The notes under the pieces are model-generated. The model was not told where the DNA came from, did no database searches, and worked only from the letters and a program-made list of their open reading frames with translations. From an uncultured Candidatus Saccharibacteria bacterium (lineage in GTDB: Bacteria > Patescibacteriota > UBA1384 > DTJR01), in the NCBI GenBank assembly GCA_964580065.1, contig CAZOJE010000001.1, positions 23,717 to 87,716 on the forward strand: 64,000 bases of DNA. Reading direction: 5' to 3'. Made by a program: the position numbers and the translations under genes. How positions within the stretch are numbered: position 1 is the stretch's first letter; each line of letters starts with the position of its first letter. Positions 36,863-48,262 of this stretch are shown piece after piece.

Positions 36863-37180
36863 TTAGATCATCAGAAATGTTACCGAAATGTTCGCCCGTT
36901 AGCTCATTAACAATGTTACCGTAATTTGGGATAATCTCCGGTCAAACAATCGATAAGACAGGAGATGAAAATGATGAACAAAATGAGCAAAAGAGAGTAT
37001 TTGCGGGAGCTGAAAAAGAGATATCGTAAAGCAAGCAAGAAGCGCAAAACCCAGCTTTTGAATGACTTTTGTACGTTCACTGGCTATCACCGGAAATCAG
37101 CTTTGCGGTTGATTAATAATCGTTTACCAAGTCAATTAGGTAATTTTGTGAAATGTTTTAATTTGGGCGCTGATATTTAA
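36863..37180 (+). mobile_element. Internally deleted IS remnant (integrase-core transposase N-terminus)
   Basis: MSKREYL...KRYRKASKK.K..LL.DFC..TGYHRKSA.RL then abrupt end; upstream repeated aatgttaccg. Confidence 0.7.
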
Positions 37181-37226
37181 GCGCCTATTGCGAGTAAAAT
37201 TTTATTCGATAAAGTAAATTATAGAT

Positions 37227-37634
37227 ATGAAAAAAATTATTGTTTTTGGATCGTTCGACCCTCTCCATCAAGGTCATTTGAATTTTTTTAATCAGGCAAA
37301 AAAACTTGGTGATTATTTAATTGTTGTGGTGGCGCGAGATGAAAACATTAAAAAAAATAAGAATAGGGAAGTGAGATTTGGCGAAGATGAACGAATGAAA
37401 GCTGTTGAAGCAACACAAATTGCCAACGAAGTGATGTTGGGAGACGAGAGCGATAGCTACACAATCCTTGAAAAAATTAATCCTGACGTTATTGCTGTCG
37501 GTTATGATCAAAAAATCCCCGAGGTCTTGAAAAATAAGGTTAAAAAGTATAAAATTGTCACGTTGAAGCCGTTTAAGCCGGAAATTTTTAAATCGAGTAA
37601 GATGATAAATTCGGATAACGGCCCCATCGTCTAG
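37227..37634 (+). CDS. Cytidylyltransferase family / RibL-like FAD synthase
   Basis: FGSFDPLHQGH, VVVARD, PDVIAVGYDQ, KSSK. Confidence 0.85.
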   Translation: MKKIIVFGSFDPLHQGHLNFFNQAKKLGDYLIVVVARDENIKKNKNREVRFGEDERMKAVEATQIANEVMLGDESDSYTILEKINPDVIAVGYDQKIPEVLKNKVKKYKIVTLKPFKPEIFKSSKMINSDNGPIV

Positions 37635-37694
37635 TGGTCAGGACACCAGGTTTTCATCCTGGCAACCGGGGTTCGACTCCCCGTGGGGTCACCA
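37620..37694 (+). tRNA. tRNA-Glu(TTC)
   Basis: Anticodon arm ccagg-ttTTCat-cctgg; GGTTCGACTCC; CCA. Confidence 0.95.
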
Positions 37695-37714
37695 ATTGAA
37701 TTCGTGAGAGGAAT

Positions 37715-37798
37715 AGGTTTTTGTTCCACCCAAAAACCGCATCCTGGCAACCGGGGGTTTCGAGAGTGGAGCTCGAAACTATCCCCGTGGGGTCACCA
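37715..37798 (+). repeat. Duplicated 3' half of tRNA-Glu with hairpins inserted in anticodon and T loops
   Basis: catcctggcaaccgggg[gtttcgagagtggagctcgaaacta]tccccgtggggtcacca. Confidence 0.85.
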
Positions 37799-37826
37799 GT
37801 TCGCCGCCTTTTTTGGCGGTTTTTTG

Positions 37827-39833
37827 TTAGACGGAAAATTGGCTTTTATAAAGCGATTCGTAAAACCCTTTTTGTGCCAAGAGCTCTTCGTGAGTGCCTT
37901 GTTCGATAACATTTCCGTCTTTCATTACTAAAATTAAATCTGCATCTCTTATCGTCGAAAGTCGATGCGCGATCACGAAACTGGTTTTTCCTTTCATCAA
38001 ATTGTCCATGGCTTTTTGAATAAGAATTTCAGTTCTAGTATCAACCGAACTTGTCGCTTCGTCCAAAATCAACATTGGTGTTTTTGCTAGCATTGCACGG
38101 GCTATGGTTAATAGCTGTTTTTCACCTTGAGAAATATTGCTGGTTTCTTCATTTAACTCCATATCATAACCTTGCGGCAAAGAATGAATAAAATGTTCGG
38201 CATGGGCCGCTTCGGCCGCTTCGATAATTTCTTTTTTGCTGGCGCGATCGTCGCTGTAGGCGATATTATCGCGAATTGTCCCGTTAAATAACCACGTATC
38301 TTGTAAAACCATACCGAAAAGTTGACGAACATCGGCGCGCTTCATATCGTTGATATTTATTCCGTCGATTTTGATTGAGCCGCCTTGAACATCGTAAAAA
38401 CGCATTAGTAAATTTACGAGCGTAGTTTTACCAGCACCAGTGGGACCGACGATGGCAACTCGGTCGCCCGGTTTAATTTTAGCGCTAAGACCTTTGATAA
38501 TAACTTTTTCTGGATCATAGCCGAAAACAACATTATCAAATTCAACTTGACCTTTAACAGTCGGTAATGAAACTAATTTTTCTATTTCAGCGCTTTCCTC
38601 TTTCTCGTTTAAAAATTCAAAAACACGCTCGGCTGCAGCCATGGTAGATTGAATAATATTAGCAATATTGGCTGTTTGTACGATGGGCTGGTTAAACTGC
38701 TGGACATATTGAATGAAGGCCTGAATATCGCCAATTTTAATTCTGTCTTTAATTGCCATCCAGCCACCCAAAACAGAAACACAAACATAACCCAGATTGC
38801 CGATAAAGCTCATGATCGGGAACATAAGACCGGACAGAAATTGCGATTTCCAAGCGCTGTCGTAAATTTTGTTGTTGATAAGGTTGAATTTATTAAGTGA
38901 TTTTTTTTCGCCGTTAAAGGCCTTCATTACAGCATGGCCACCATACATTTCTTCGATATGGCCATTGATTTCGCCAAGACTTTCTTGCTGACGAATGAAC
39001 TGAACTTGAGATTTTTTCATAATAACGCCAATGAGACCAAAGCTAAGTGGCAAAATAACAATGGTTACCAAAGTCAAAAGCCAGCTAATTGACAACATCA
39101 TTATCACAATGCCGACGATCGAAACAATTGACGTTATTATTTGGGAAAGACTTTGGTTGAGCGTTTGGCTGATTGTGTCAACATCGTTAGTGACACGGCT
39201 AAGCACTTCACCGTATGTTCTTTTATCGAAATATTCTAGTGGCAGGCGGTTAATTTTTTGGGAAATATTTCGTCGTAATTTTTGAGTTGCTTTTTGGGTG
39301 ACGCCAGAAATAATCCAACCCTGAACATAGGCAAAAATGGTGCTTAGAGCGTAAAGAACAATCAGAAACACCGCGATTTGTTTCATTTTATCAAAATGAA
39401 ATACCGGCCTTTCGGACATATCGAGATTTTTAATTTTCTCGAGAGTGTCAGAGGGGATTTTTTCTTTGACTTGAGGAGACATTTTTTTAATAAAATCTGC
39501 TCCAGTCGTACCTTTGGGCAATTTTGTGCCGGCAGGCAGTTGTGACATTATTTCTTCGTAAGCTTTAACATTGACGTAATCATCAACTATTTGATTAGTA
39601 ACCCGCCCGAGAATTTTAGGGCTGACAATCGAAAATATAGTGCTGATTGCGGCAAAAACTATAACGACAATAATTGATGTCCAGTATGGTTTGAGATAAC
39701 GCACTAAATTTTTAAAAGTGCCTTTAAAATCTTTGGCTTTTTCCGCTGGACCGCCAATGGGAGGTCCGCCAAAAGGTCCGCCCATTCTTTTGTTTGATTT
39801 TTGATTCATTTTAGTTGTTTCGTTTTCTGCCAT
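37827..39833 (-). CDS. ABC exporter, fused permease/ATPase
   Basis: GPTGAGKTT, ISQGEKQ, LILDEATS. Confidence 0.93.
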   Translation of the reverse strand: MAENETTKMNQKSNKRMGGPFGGPPIGGPAEKAKDFKGTFKNLVRYLKPYWTSIIVVIVFAAISTIFSIVSPKILGRVTNQIVDDYVNVKAYEEIMSQLPAGTKLPKGTTGADFIKKMSPQVKEKIPSDTLEKIKNLDMSERPVFHFDKMKQIAVFLIVLYALSTIFAYVQGWIISGVTQKATQKLRRNISQKINRLPLEYFDKRTYGEVLSRVTNDVDTISQTLNQSLSQIITSIVSIVGIVIMMLSISWLLTLVTIVILPLSFGLIGVIMKKSQVQFIRQQESLGEINGHIEEMYGGHAVMKAFNGEKKSLNKFNLINNKIYDSAWKSQFLSGLMFPIMSFIGNLGYVCVSVLGGWMAIKDRIKIGDIQAFIQYVQQFNQPIVQTANIANIIQSTMAAAERVFEFLNEKEESAEIEKLVSLPTVKGQVEFDNVVFGYDPEKVIIKGLSAKIKPGDRVAIVGPTGAGKTTLVNLLMRFYDVQGGSIKIDGININDMKRADVRQLFGMVLQDTWLFNGTIRDNIAYSDDRASKKEIIEAAEAAHAEHFIHSLPQGYDMELNEETSNISQGEKQLLTIARAMLAKTPMLILDEATSSVDTRTEILIQKAMDNLMKGKTSFVIAHRLSTIRDADLILVMKDGNVIEQGTHEELLAQKGFYESLYKSQFSV

Positions 39834-39834
39834 T

Positions 39835-41676
39835 TTATTTTTTTATGTTGGAAATTGTCTTTAACTCTTTGTCGGAAAGTTGTGAAAAAGCAATTTCGCG
39901 ATAAACTTCATTAGTTTTTAGTAGATTTTCATGAGTTCCTTGACCGACAATCTTCCCTTCATCAATTACGATAATTTTATCGGCATTCATAATACTCCCG
40001 ATGCGCTGGCCGATAATTATTACGGTTTTATCCTTGGTTTGTTTAGCCAAATCAGCGCGGAGTTTGGCATCTGTTTTAAAGTCTAGTGCTGAAAAAGAAT
40101 CGTCAAAAATATAAACTTTTGCGTCTTTGGCTAAAGCGCGGGCGATCGAGAGTCTTTGTTTTTGACCACCTGAAACATTTGCCCCGCCTTGAGCAATGAA
40201 AGAATCGTATTTATCTTCGATTTTATCTATAAATTCGTCAGCTTGAGCAGTTTGAGCGGCTTGTTTAACTTCTTCGTCGGTTGTTTTTTCACGACCGTAT
40301 TTTATATTAGATTTGATTGTCCCAGAAAAGAGAACTCCTTTTTGTGGTACATAACCGAGTTGATTACGCAAATCCTCTAATTTAATGTCTCGGATATCAA
40401 CGCCATCAAGAAGAATTTGCCCAGCGGTTACATCATAAAATCGCGGAATCAAGTTAATAATAGTGGATTTGCCACTTCCAGTACTGCCAATAAAGGCGGT
40501 GGTTTGTCCCGGCTCGGCTGTAAATGAAATATCGGTTAGCACGGGCAAGTCAGCGTCGGGATAAGAAAAAGTGACTTCTTTGAATTCAACCAGTCCCCTG
40601 ACTCTACTGTTCATATTCACCGGTTTTTTCGGTTCTTTAATTGTTAGTGGAGTTTTGAGAATCTCGGCTATTCTCTTTGTTGAAACTGAGGCGCGAGGAA
40701 ACATAATAAAGATTATCGAAATCATCAAAAATGACATAATTGTTTGGATTGAATATTGCATGAAGGCCATCATGTTGCCGATTTGTAGATTGTTGGCATC
40801 GATTAGATGAGCGCCAAACCAAACAACTCCAAGTGTTGCGAAGTTTAAAATCAACATCATGATGGGCTGAACCATTGCCATGAGTCGATTAACAAACAAA
40901 TTCATTTTTGTTAGGTCGGTGTTAGCTTTCTCAAATTTTTCTTCTTCTTTAGCTTCATTATTAAAAGCGCGAATAACTCTTAAGCCAGTGAGGTTTTCGC
41001 GGGTGACCAAATTCAGCTTATCGACTAATTTTTGTAATAGCTGGAACCTCGGTATGCCAATGCCGAAAAGCGTAATAATTACACAAAACATGCAGACAAC
41101 GGCAACCACAATGAGCCAACTCATCGAAGGTGCATTTTGATAGGCCTTTTGAAGGGCGCCAACAGCCATGATGGGGGCCATTAAAACCATACGAAAAAAC
41201 ATTAGTGTGACGGTTTGGATTTGCTGGACGTCGTTGGTAGTTCGCGTAATTAAAGAAGCGGTAGAAAAATTATTGAATTCGCTTAAGGAAAAACTTTCCA
41301 CTTTGGCAAAAGTTTTCTCGCGCAGTGATTTAGAAAATCCTGTGGCAATACGGGCGGCCAAAAAACCAACGCCAACGGCGCAGACAACACCAATAAAAGA
41401 AACAGCAATCATCCTTATCCCGTCATCTATTATAATGGCGTTATCTTTAGCAACAATTCCTTCATTGATTATTTTGGCCATGTAATCCGGGAGACGCAAA
41501 TTCGCCATCACTTGAATATAAGTAAAGGCAATTAACACTAGAATGTGCCAAATATATGGCTTAAATAATTTAATTATTTTGTTCAATTTAGTACCTTTTT
41601 TAACCTTATGCGATATCAATCTCGCACATGACTTTAATATGTTGACATTTTCGATTACCCTTGTCAATGGTGGCAA
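39835..41676 (-). CDS. ABC exporter heterodimer partner (degenerate site); true start probably near 41586
   Basis: GSTGSGKST, VSGGQKQR, IFDDSFSALD. Confidence 0.92.
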   Translation of the reverse strand: MPPLTRVIENVNILKSCARLISHKVKKGTKLNKIIKLFKPYIWHILVLIAFTYIQVMANLRLPDYMAKIINEGIVAKDNAIIIDDGIRMIAVSFIGVVCAVGVGFLAARIATGFSKSLREKTFAKVESFSLSEFNNFSTASLITRTTNDVQQIQTVTLMFFRMVLMAPIMAVGALQKAYQNAPSMSWLIVVAVVCMFCVIITLFGIGIPRFQLLQKLVDKLNLVTRENLTGLRVIRAFNNEAKEEEKFEKANTDLTKMNLFVNRLMAMVQPIMMLILNFATLGVVWFGAHLIDANNLQIGNMMAFMQYSIQTIMSFLMISIIFIMFPRASVSTKRIAEILKTPLTIKEPKKPVNMNSRVRGLVEFKEVTFSYPDADLPVLTDISFTAEPGQTTAFIGSTGSGKSTIINLIPRFYDVTAGQILLDGVDIRDIKLEDLRNQLGYVPQKGVLFSGTIKSNIKYGREKTTDEEVKQAAQTAQADEFIDKIEDKYDSFIAQGGANVSGGQKQRLSIARALAKDAKVYIFDDSFSALDFKTDAKLRADLAKQTKDKTVIIIGQRIGSIMNADKIIVIDEGKIVGQGTHENLLKTNEVYREIAFSQLSDKELKTISNIKK

Positions 41677-41722
41677 TATTGTTTTGTTATGTGGTAGAAT
41701 TAAAAAAATAAACGGAGGGGAA

Positions 41723-42184
41723 ATGCCTAACGACGAAAAATCTAATACTTGGCGAGATACTATCTCGATTTTATCTTTACTGCTTTTAGCGACACCTTTT
41801 CAGGCAGTTGGGGTGATTATCATGTGGCTTATATCGCGATGGTCTTACATCACAAAGTGGATTGTTACGGCTGTTGTGATTATCAACCTTGGTATTTTCG
41901 GTAAATATAGTATTAATGCTTACAAATATTACGGGTATCAAAAAGCGTTTACGCCGCTTTTAAGCGTTCAGCAAGCTCTGGACATTTATGGCGTGGTCAA
42001 CGGCAAGTATCCTGACAAGGTCGATCAGCTCAAACCCAAATATATTTTATCGATTCCCGAAGGATACGATATTCAATATTCGCAATTAGAAGATGGAAAA
42101 AGCTATTCACTCAAAGCGAAAGTAAACGGCAAAGAAATAGAACTAAGGCCCTCGTTTACTCAACTTCCCGAAAAATCCTCCTAA
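41723..42184 (+). CDS. Hypothetical membrane protein with pilin-like C-terminus
   Basis: RBS ggagggg; TMs; ALDIY...NGKYP.....L.PKYI..IP. Confidence 0.65.
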   Translation: MPNDEKSNTWRDTISILSLLLLATPFQAVGVIIMWLISRWSYITKWIVTAVVIINLGIFGKYSINAYKYYGYQKAFTPLLSVQQALDIYGVVNGKYPDKVDQLKPKYILSIPEGYDIQYSQLEDGKSYSLKAKVNGKEIELRPSFTQLPEKSS

Positions 42185-42237
42185 ATAGTTGACTTTCAGT
42201 CTATAAAAAGCGAAAATTGTTCTTCGCAGGAAGAATA

Positions 42238-44223
42238 ATGTTTAAAGTTGTAAGCAAATATAAACCTTCGGGATCGCAGCCGGAAGCGATCAAGCAACTT
42301 GTTGATGGTGTTAAAAATGAGAAAAATCAACAGGTTCTTTTGGGTGTGACCGGAAGCGGAAAAACTTTTACAGTTGCCAATGTTGTTGAAAAGCTCCAAC
42401 TTCCGACACTAGTAATTGCTCACAATAAAACCTTGGCGGCGCAGTTAACGCAAGAATTCAGAGAATACTTTCCACACTCGGCGGTGGGCTATTTTGTCAG
42501 CTACTATGATTATTATCAGCCGGAAGCTTATTTACCCAATACTGATACTTATATAGAAAAAGAAGCGACAATCAACGAAGAAATTGAGCGCCTTCGCAAT
42601 GCGGCAACCGAGGCAATATTGAATCGTAACGATGTCATTATTGTTTCATCGGTTTCGTGCATTTATGGCTTGGGCTCGCCGGAATATTACAAAAATGCGA
42701 TCAGAGAATTTACTGTTGGGCAAAAAATTTCCCGAATGGAAGTGATGCAAAATCTGGTTGACTTGCTTTTTAGCCGAAACGATATTGAGTTAGCGAAAGG
42801 AACTTTTAGGTCGGTCGGCATGGGGATTGAGATTGTTCCCGCTAGCGAACAAAAAATTATTAAATTAAATTTTAAAGATGAGGCAATTGTCGAGATTGTT
42901 ATTTTAGACAGCGTAAACCGCGACGTAATTGATCGTTATGATAGAATTCAGATTTTTCCGGCCAAACATTATTTAGCGCCGGAAAATATAGTCAAAAAAG
43001 CTTTGAGTGAAATTGAACGTGATCTCGAAAAACGCTTGGCGGAGTTTAGAAAAGAAGGCAAAATTTTGGAAGCGGAAAGATTGAGTCGCAAAACCCGTTA
43101 TGATTTGGAGATGATTCAATCGGTTGGCTATTGCAACGGGATTGAAAACTATTCTCGATATTTTGACGGTCGCGCGCCCAACGAACCCCCCTATACTTTA
43201 ATCGACTACTTTAAAATGAAATACGGCGATGATTTTTTGCTTGTCATAGACGAGTCGCACGTAACTGTGCCGCAATTAAACGGTATGTATGCAGGTGATA
43301 AAAGCCGAAAAGACATGCTGATAAATTATGGTTTTCGTTTGCCAAGTGCCCGCGATAACCGGCCACTCAAGTTTGTCGAGTTTGAAAAAATGGTCAAAAA
43401 GGCAATTTACGTTTCGGCAACGCCCGCCAAATATGAAATAGAAAAATCAAAAGGTCAGATAGTCGAACAGGTTGTCCGGCCAACCGGTCTTGTTGATCCT
43501 CAAGTCGAAGTTCGCAAAACTGAAAATCAAATTAACGATTTGATTGATGAAATTCAAAAAACGATTGCCTCGAGTGAGCGAGTTTTGGTAACTACGCTGA
43601 CAAAAAAGATGGCCGAAGATTTATCTAATTATCTTAAAGAAAAAGATATTAAGGTCAAATATTTGCACAGTGGGGTTGAAACTATTGAAAGAATTCGCCT
43701 GATTAGCGCCTTGAGATCTGGCGAATTTGATGTTTTAGTTGGTGTCAATCTCTTGCGCGAAGGTCTCGATATGCCCGAAGTTTCTCTAGTGGCAGTATTG
43801 GATGCTGATAAAGAGGGTTTTTTACGCAGTGAGACTTCTTTGATTCAAACAATTGGGCGCGCGGCTAGAAATGTTAACGGTCGAGTGATTTTGTATGCCG
43901 ATAATGTAACGCGTTCGATGCAAAGTGCCATACTGGAAACTAACCGTCGTCGGAAGATTCAGCTGGCTTACAATGAAGCACACGATATTACGCCAAAAAC
44001 TATCGAAAAGGAAATAAAATCGATCGCTTCCGAAATAGGAGAGTTTGCGCTTGATGATGTAGAAAAGTCCTTGAGCGAAAAAGATTCAAAACGCTTGATT
44101 CGTGAAAAAGAACAACAAATGAAACAAGCGGCGCAGGAACTTAGATTTGAAGAGGCGGCAATTTTACGAGACCAAATTGCTTCACTTAAAAAATCGAGTC
44201 GTTTCTTTTCTAGGGTGAGATAA
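42238..44223 (+). CDS. uvrB: Excinuclease ABC subunit B
   Basis: GVTGSGKT, YYDYYQPEAY, DESH, GRAARN, UVR tail. Confidence 0.97.
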   Translation: MFKVVSKYKPSGSQPEAIKQLVDGVKNEKNQQVLLGVTGSGKTFTVANVVEKLQLPTLVIAHNKTLAAQLTQEFREYFPHSAVGYFVSYYDYYQPEAYLPNTDTYIEKEATINEEIERLRNAATEAILNRNDVIIVSSVSCIYGLGSPEYYKNAIREFTVGQKISRMEVMQNLVDLLFSRNDIELAKGTFRSVGMGIEIVPASEQKIIKLNFKDEAIVEIVILDSVNRDVIDRYDRIQIFPAKHYLAPENIVKKALSEIERDLEKRLAEFRKEGKILEAERLSRKTRYDLEMIQSVGYCNGIENYSRYFDGRAPNEPPYTLIDYFKMKYGDDFLLVIDESHVTVPQLNGMYAGDKSRKDMLINYGFRLPSARDNRPLKFVEFEKMVKKAIYVSATPAKYEIEKSKGQIVEQVVRPTGLVDPQVEVRKTENQINDLIDEIQKTIASSERVLVTTLTKKMAEDLSNYLKEKDIKVKYLHSGVETIERIRLISALRSGEFDVLVGVNLLREGLDMPEVSLVAVLDADKEGFLRSETSLIQTIGRAARNVNGRVILYADNVTRSMQSAILETNRRRKIQLAYNEAHDITPKTIEKEIKSIASEIGEFALDDVEKSLSEKDSKRLIREKEQQMKQAAQELRFEEAAILRDQIASLKKSSRFFSRVR

Positions 44224-44242
44224 GTAGATATACTTAAAAGTA

Positions 44243-45091
44243 GTGGCTATAAAAGAGAGAAAACCAGTTTTAATTATTAGATTGTACAAACGTCATATTT
44301 TGCTTATTACGGCACTGATTGTGACTGGATTTTTGGGATATGGCAGTTATTTTAGGCGTTATATGACCCTGCCGCAGTCGGCGATTAATATCGTGCAAGA
44401 AGTGCCATTTTCGGTTGAAAGCAAAAAAGTTTTAATTTTAGCGCCCCATTGTGATGATGAAACACTTGGTGCTGGCGGGTTAATCCAGAAAACTTTAAAA
44501 TCTGGCGGGCAAGTGAAAGTCGCTATTGTGACTGATTGCGATTATCACAAAACAGGAGCGACGCGGAGGAATGAATCGATTAGTGCCCTAAAACAACTTG
44601 GTTTATCGAAAGAGAATGTTAGTTTTTTAAATTTTCCCGAACGCGGTGAAAATATGCAGGGTGATATTAACGAAGAAACGAGCATCTCAAAATCCATTAG
44701 TCAGCTTGTTGATGGTTTCTCGCCTGACGTTGTAGTTTTGCCTCATCCTAACGATACACACAGCGATCATGCTATTACTGGCAAGGCGGGGGAAATTGTT
44801 TTAAGGGATAAAGACAATATCAAGATAATGTACTATTTAATTCATTATAATTTTTTGAAGTTTCCGTCGCCTTCGGGTTTTCGTCCAGACGGGTATTTGT
44901 TGCCGCCGGCGGCACTAATTAATTTTACCGATCTTTGGTACAAATTTCCGCTTGATCAAACTGACGAAGAGCAAAAGGAAATGGCAATTTTGGAATATAA
45001 AACACAGTTGCGCAAAACCAACCCCATACTTTATAAAATTATGTTCGATTTTGTTCGTCGCAATGAGCTTTTCATGATTAAAAGCAATTAG
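44243..45091 (+). CDS. PIG-L family deacetylase
   Basis: APHCDDE, R..E...AL, D.H.DH. Confidence 0.88.
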   Translation: MAIKERKPVLIIRLYKRHILLITALIVTGFLGYGSYFRRYMTLPQSAINIVQEVPFSVESKKVLILAPHCDDETLGAGGLIQKTLKSGGQVKVAIVTDCDYHKTGATRRNESISALKQLGLSKENVSFLNFPERGENMQGDINEETSISKSISQLVDGFSPDVVVLPHPNDTHSDHAITGKAGEIVLRDKDNIKIMYYLIHYNFLKFPSPSGFRPDGYLLPPAALINFTDLWYKFPLDQTDEEQKEMAILEYKTQLRKTNPILYKIMFDFVRRNELFMIKSN

Positions 45092-45176
45092 CGCAAGTGT
45101 CAAGAGGCATATTTTTTAAACCGATATTTGTTCTCAATGTTTGATTTTTGTTCGGTATTATAATAAAATGTTGTCT

Positions 45177-48011
45177 ATGCAAAACGAAATGGATTATATT
45201 TTTGTTAAGGGAGCGCGCGAGCACAATCTCAAAAATGTTGATGTTAAAATTCCGCGCAATAAATTAGTCGTTATTACCGGTCTTTCAGGGAGCGGTAAAT
45301 CTTCGTTGGCTTTTGACACTATTTATGCTGAAGGCCAGCGTCGATATATGGAATCTCTTTCCAGCTACGCCAGACAATTTTTGGGGCAGATGGAAAAGCC
45401 GGATGTCGACTATATTGAAGGTCTTTCGCCGGCGATTTCGATAGATCAAAAGGCGGTTTCGAAAAATCCACGTTCCACAGTTGGGACGGTTACGGAAATA
45501 TACGATTATCTTAGGGTATTGTTTGCGCGTATTGGTAAGGCCCATTGTCCAATTGACGGTAAAAGAATTCAGCAATACAGCGTCGATGAAGTGGCTGATT
45601 TTGTTTTGGAGAATTTTGCCGACAAAGAAATCGCAATTCATTCACCGATTGTCCGTGGCAGAAAGGGCGATTATCTGACGTTGCTAACCGACTTGAAAAA
45701 GAAAGGGTACGAATTTGCTCGGATTGATAAAGAAACAATTAAGCTATCTGATGTTAAAAGATTGGAAAGGTATAAAGCGCACAATATCAGTGTTTTGGTT
45801 GATGAAATATCGATAAAAAAAGGTAATCAATCAGATGAGTCCAAGTCTCGTCTCTCTCAATCACTAGAAGAAGCTACGAAATTGTCGGAAGGTTTGGTTT
45901 TAATTATTTCAAACGACGAAGAAATTATTTTTTCAACAAGATTCTCCTGTCCTGACGGCCATGTTTTTGAGGAAATCGAGCCGCGTCTTTTTTCTTTTAA
46001 TAATCCTTATGGCGCCTGTCCGAGCTGTTTGGGCTTGGGCTATCACCAAGAAGTTGATCCAAGCTTGATTATTCCCGATAAGAATAAAACAATTGATGAA
46101 GGCGGCATATTGCCCTGGAGTTATTCCCATTTTAATTACTACGGTTCCATTATCCGTTCAGTAGCAAAGGCCCTCGGTACGGGTACAAGTGTGCCGATTA
46201 AAAATTTTTCGTCAGAAATTCTCGATTTTTTTCTCTTTGGCTCCAGCACAGAAGAATATTTACCGGTAACTTATTACTCTCAAGGCCGACCGATGCATTT
46301 TACAATAAAGTTTAATGGGCTGATAGATCTACTGGCAAAAAGATACGACAAAACTGACTCGGACGCAGTGCGCGAAGAAATCTCTAAATATATGGCAAAA
46401 ATGCCTTGCGAAACCTGTGGCGGAAGACGATTAAAACCGGAGGCCTTGGCCGTAACGATTGATAGAAAAAATATTGACGAGGTTGCCAATATGACAATAT
46501 CCCAGTTGCTAAAGTTTTTTACTAACCTTGATTTATCAGAAGAAGAAAAGTTAATTTCCGATCGTTTAATAAAGGAAATAATTGGTCGAGCAAAATTTTT
46601 AAAAAATGTTGGGCTTAAATATCTTACTTTGAGCCGATTCGCTAACAGTCTTTCTGGTGGTGAAACACAGAGGATTCGTTTGGCCTCCCAAATTGGTTCA
46701 GGGTTGATGGGAGTTTTATACGTTTTAGACGAGCCGTCAATTGGTTTGCATCAAAAAGATAACGCCCAGCTACTAAAAACACTAAGGGATTTGCGAGATT
46801 TAGGCAACACTGTTTTAGTAATTGAACATGATGAAGAAACAATGAAGCAAGCCGATTGGGTCGTTGATGTTGGGCCTGGGGCAGGCGAAAAAGGTGGACA
46901 TATTGTGGCAACTGGCACAGCGGAAGAAATCGCCCAAAATCCCGATTCAATTACAGGATCTTACTTGAGTGGACGTAAAAAAATTAAAGTTCCAGAAAAA
47001 AGAAGGCAGGTAAGTGGAAAATATCTTTCCATAATTGGCGCGGGGGCGAACAATTTAAAGGATATTACGGTTAAAATTCCGGTTGGCTCTTTTGTCGCAG
47101 TAACGGGCGTCTCTGGAAGTGGCAAATCCACGTTCGTGAATGATGTTCTTTACAAGGGACTAAAGAGAGAGCTGGGTCATGGTTGGGAGAAGCCCGGAAG
47201 ATACAAAGCGATAGAAGGAAAGGAAAACATTGATAAGGTAATTTGTATTGACCAATCGCCAATTGGCCGCACTCCAAGGAGCAACCCAGCAACTTATACG
47301 AAATCATTTGATATTATCAGGGACCTTTTTACTTTATCTAAAGAAGCAAAAATCCGCGGCTATAATCCCGGTCGTTTTTCCTTCAACGTTGCTGGCGGCC
47401 GATGTGAGAAATGCCGCGGTGATGGTGTTTTAAAAATTGAAATGCATTTTTTGCCAGATGTATTTATTCCTTGTGATGTTTGTAAAGGAGCGCGTTATAA
47501 TAGGGAGACTTTACAGGTTAAATATAACGGCAAAAATATTGCTGATGTTTTGGCGATGAGCGTTGATGAAGCAAGTGATTTCTTTAAAAATATTCCTAAA
47601 CTTTATGATAAACTGAAAGTTCTACAAGACGTTGGACTTGGTTACATTCGTTTAGGCCAACCGGCAACAACATTATCTGGCGGTGAAGCCCAAAGAATAA
47701 AGCTCGCCAGTGAATTGTCGAAAAGAGCGACTGGCAAAACACTGTATGTTCTTGACGAACCGACAACGGGCTTGCATTTTTATGACGTAGCAAAGCTTTT
47801 AGATGTACTCAATCGACTAGTCGATGCAGGAAATACGATAGTTGTAATCGAGCATAATTTAGATGTTATCAAAACAGCCGACTATGTAATTGATCTAGGG
47901 CCAGAAGGTGGTGACGAAGGTGGCAAAGTAGTCGCGGCTGGATCGCCTGAAGCTATTAGCGGTGTGGATGCCTCTTATACTGGACAGTATCTTAAAAAAA
48001 TACTAAAATAA
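45177..48011 (+). CDS. uvrA: Excinuclease ABC subunit A
   Basis: [18 protein letters not shown], two LSGGE motifs, zinc fingers. Confidence 0.97.
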   Translation: MQNEMDYIFVKGAREHNLKNVDVKIPRNKLVVITGLSGSGKSSLAFDTIYAEGQRRYMESLSSYARQFLGQMEKPDVDYIEGLSPAISIDQKAVSKNPRSTVGTVTEIYDYLRVLFARIGKAHCPIDGKRIQQYSVDEVADFVLENFADKEIAIHSPIVRGRKGDYLTLLTDLKKKGYEFARIDKETIKLSDVKRLERYKAHNISVLVDEISIKKGNQSDESKSRLSQSLEEATKLSEGLVLIISNDEEIIFSTRFSCPDGHVFEEIEPRLFSFNNPYGACPSCLGLGYHQEVDPSLIIPDKNKTIDEGGILPWSYSHFNYYGSIIRSVAKALGTGTSVPIKNFSSEILDFFLFGSSTEEYLPVTYYSQGRPMHFTIKFNGLIDLLAKRYDKTDSDAVREEISKYMAKMPCETCGGRRLKPEALAVTIDRKNIDEVANMTISQLLKFFTNLDLSEEEKLISDRLIKEIIGRAKFLKNVGLKYLTLSRFANSLSGGETQRIRLASQIGSGLMGVLYVLDEPSIGLHQKDNAQLLKTLRDLRDLGNTVLVIEHDEETMKQADWVVDVGPGAGEKGGHIVATGTAEEIAQNPDSITGSYLSGRKKIKVPEKRRQVSGKYLSIIGAGANNLKDITVKIPVGSFVAVTGVSGSGKSTFVNDVLYKGLKRELGHGWEKPGRYKAIEGKENIDKVICIDQSPIGRTPRSNPATYTKSFDIIRDLFTLSKEAKIRGYNPGRFSFNVAGGRCEKCRGDGVLKIEMHFLPDVFIPCDVCKGARYNRETLQVKYNGKNIADVLAMSVDEASDFFKNIPKLYDKLKVLQDVGLGYIRLGQPATTLSGGEAQRIKLASELSKRATGKTLYVLDEPTTGLHFYDVAKLLDVLNRLVDAGNTIVVIEHNLDVIKTADYVIDLGPEGGDEGGKVVAAGSPEAISGVDASYTGQYLKKILK

Positions 48012-48031
48012 GCGCAATCCTCTGAAGGGAA

Positions 48032-48262
48032 GTGGTTGCTATGCTGCTAATTGATATTGCCGCCTACAACCTGAGGGATCCGCGACAACTCATGCGGTTG
48101 TTCTGCAGAATTGTCAATGCAAGTATTTCGGAGTATCTGGCGATTCTTTCCGAGGTGAGGAAGGGGTTGATCGGATATGGGCTGCATTCAAGTATGGCTG
48201 AAAGCTTCATTAACGAGGCGGAAAGCGAGGCATGGGAGGTGATGGTAAATGAGGCCGGCTAG
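48032..48262 (+). CDS. Small orphan protein between uvrA and uvrC
   Basis: RBS-like aagggga, 76 aa, followed by terminator-like hairpin. Confidence 0.5.
   Translation: MVAMLLIDIAAYNLRDPRQLMRLFCRIVNASISEYLAILSEVRKGLIGYGLHSSMAESFINEAESEAWEVMVNEAG

Noticed and set aside
37683-37931. ORFs over the tRNA-Glu shadow copy
   Set aside because: Overlap repeat, terminator and the antisense ABC gene end.
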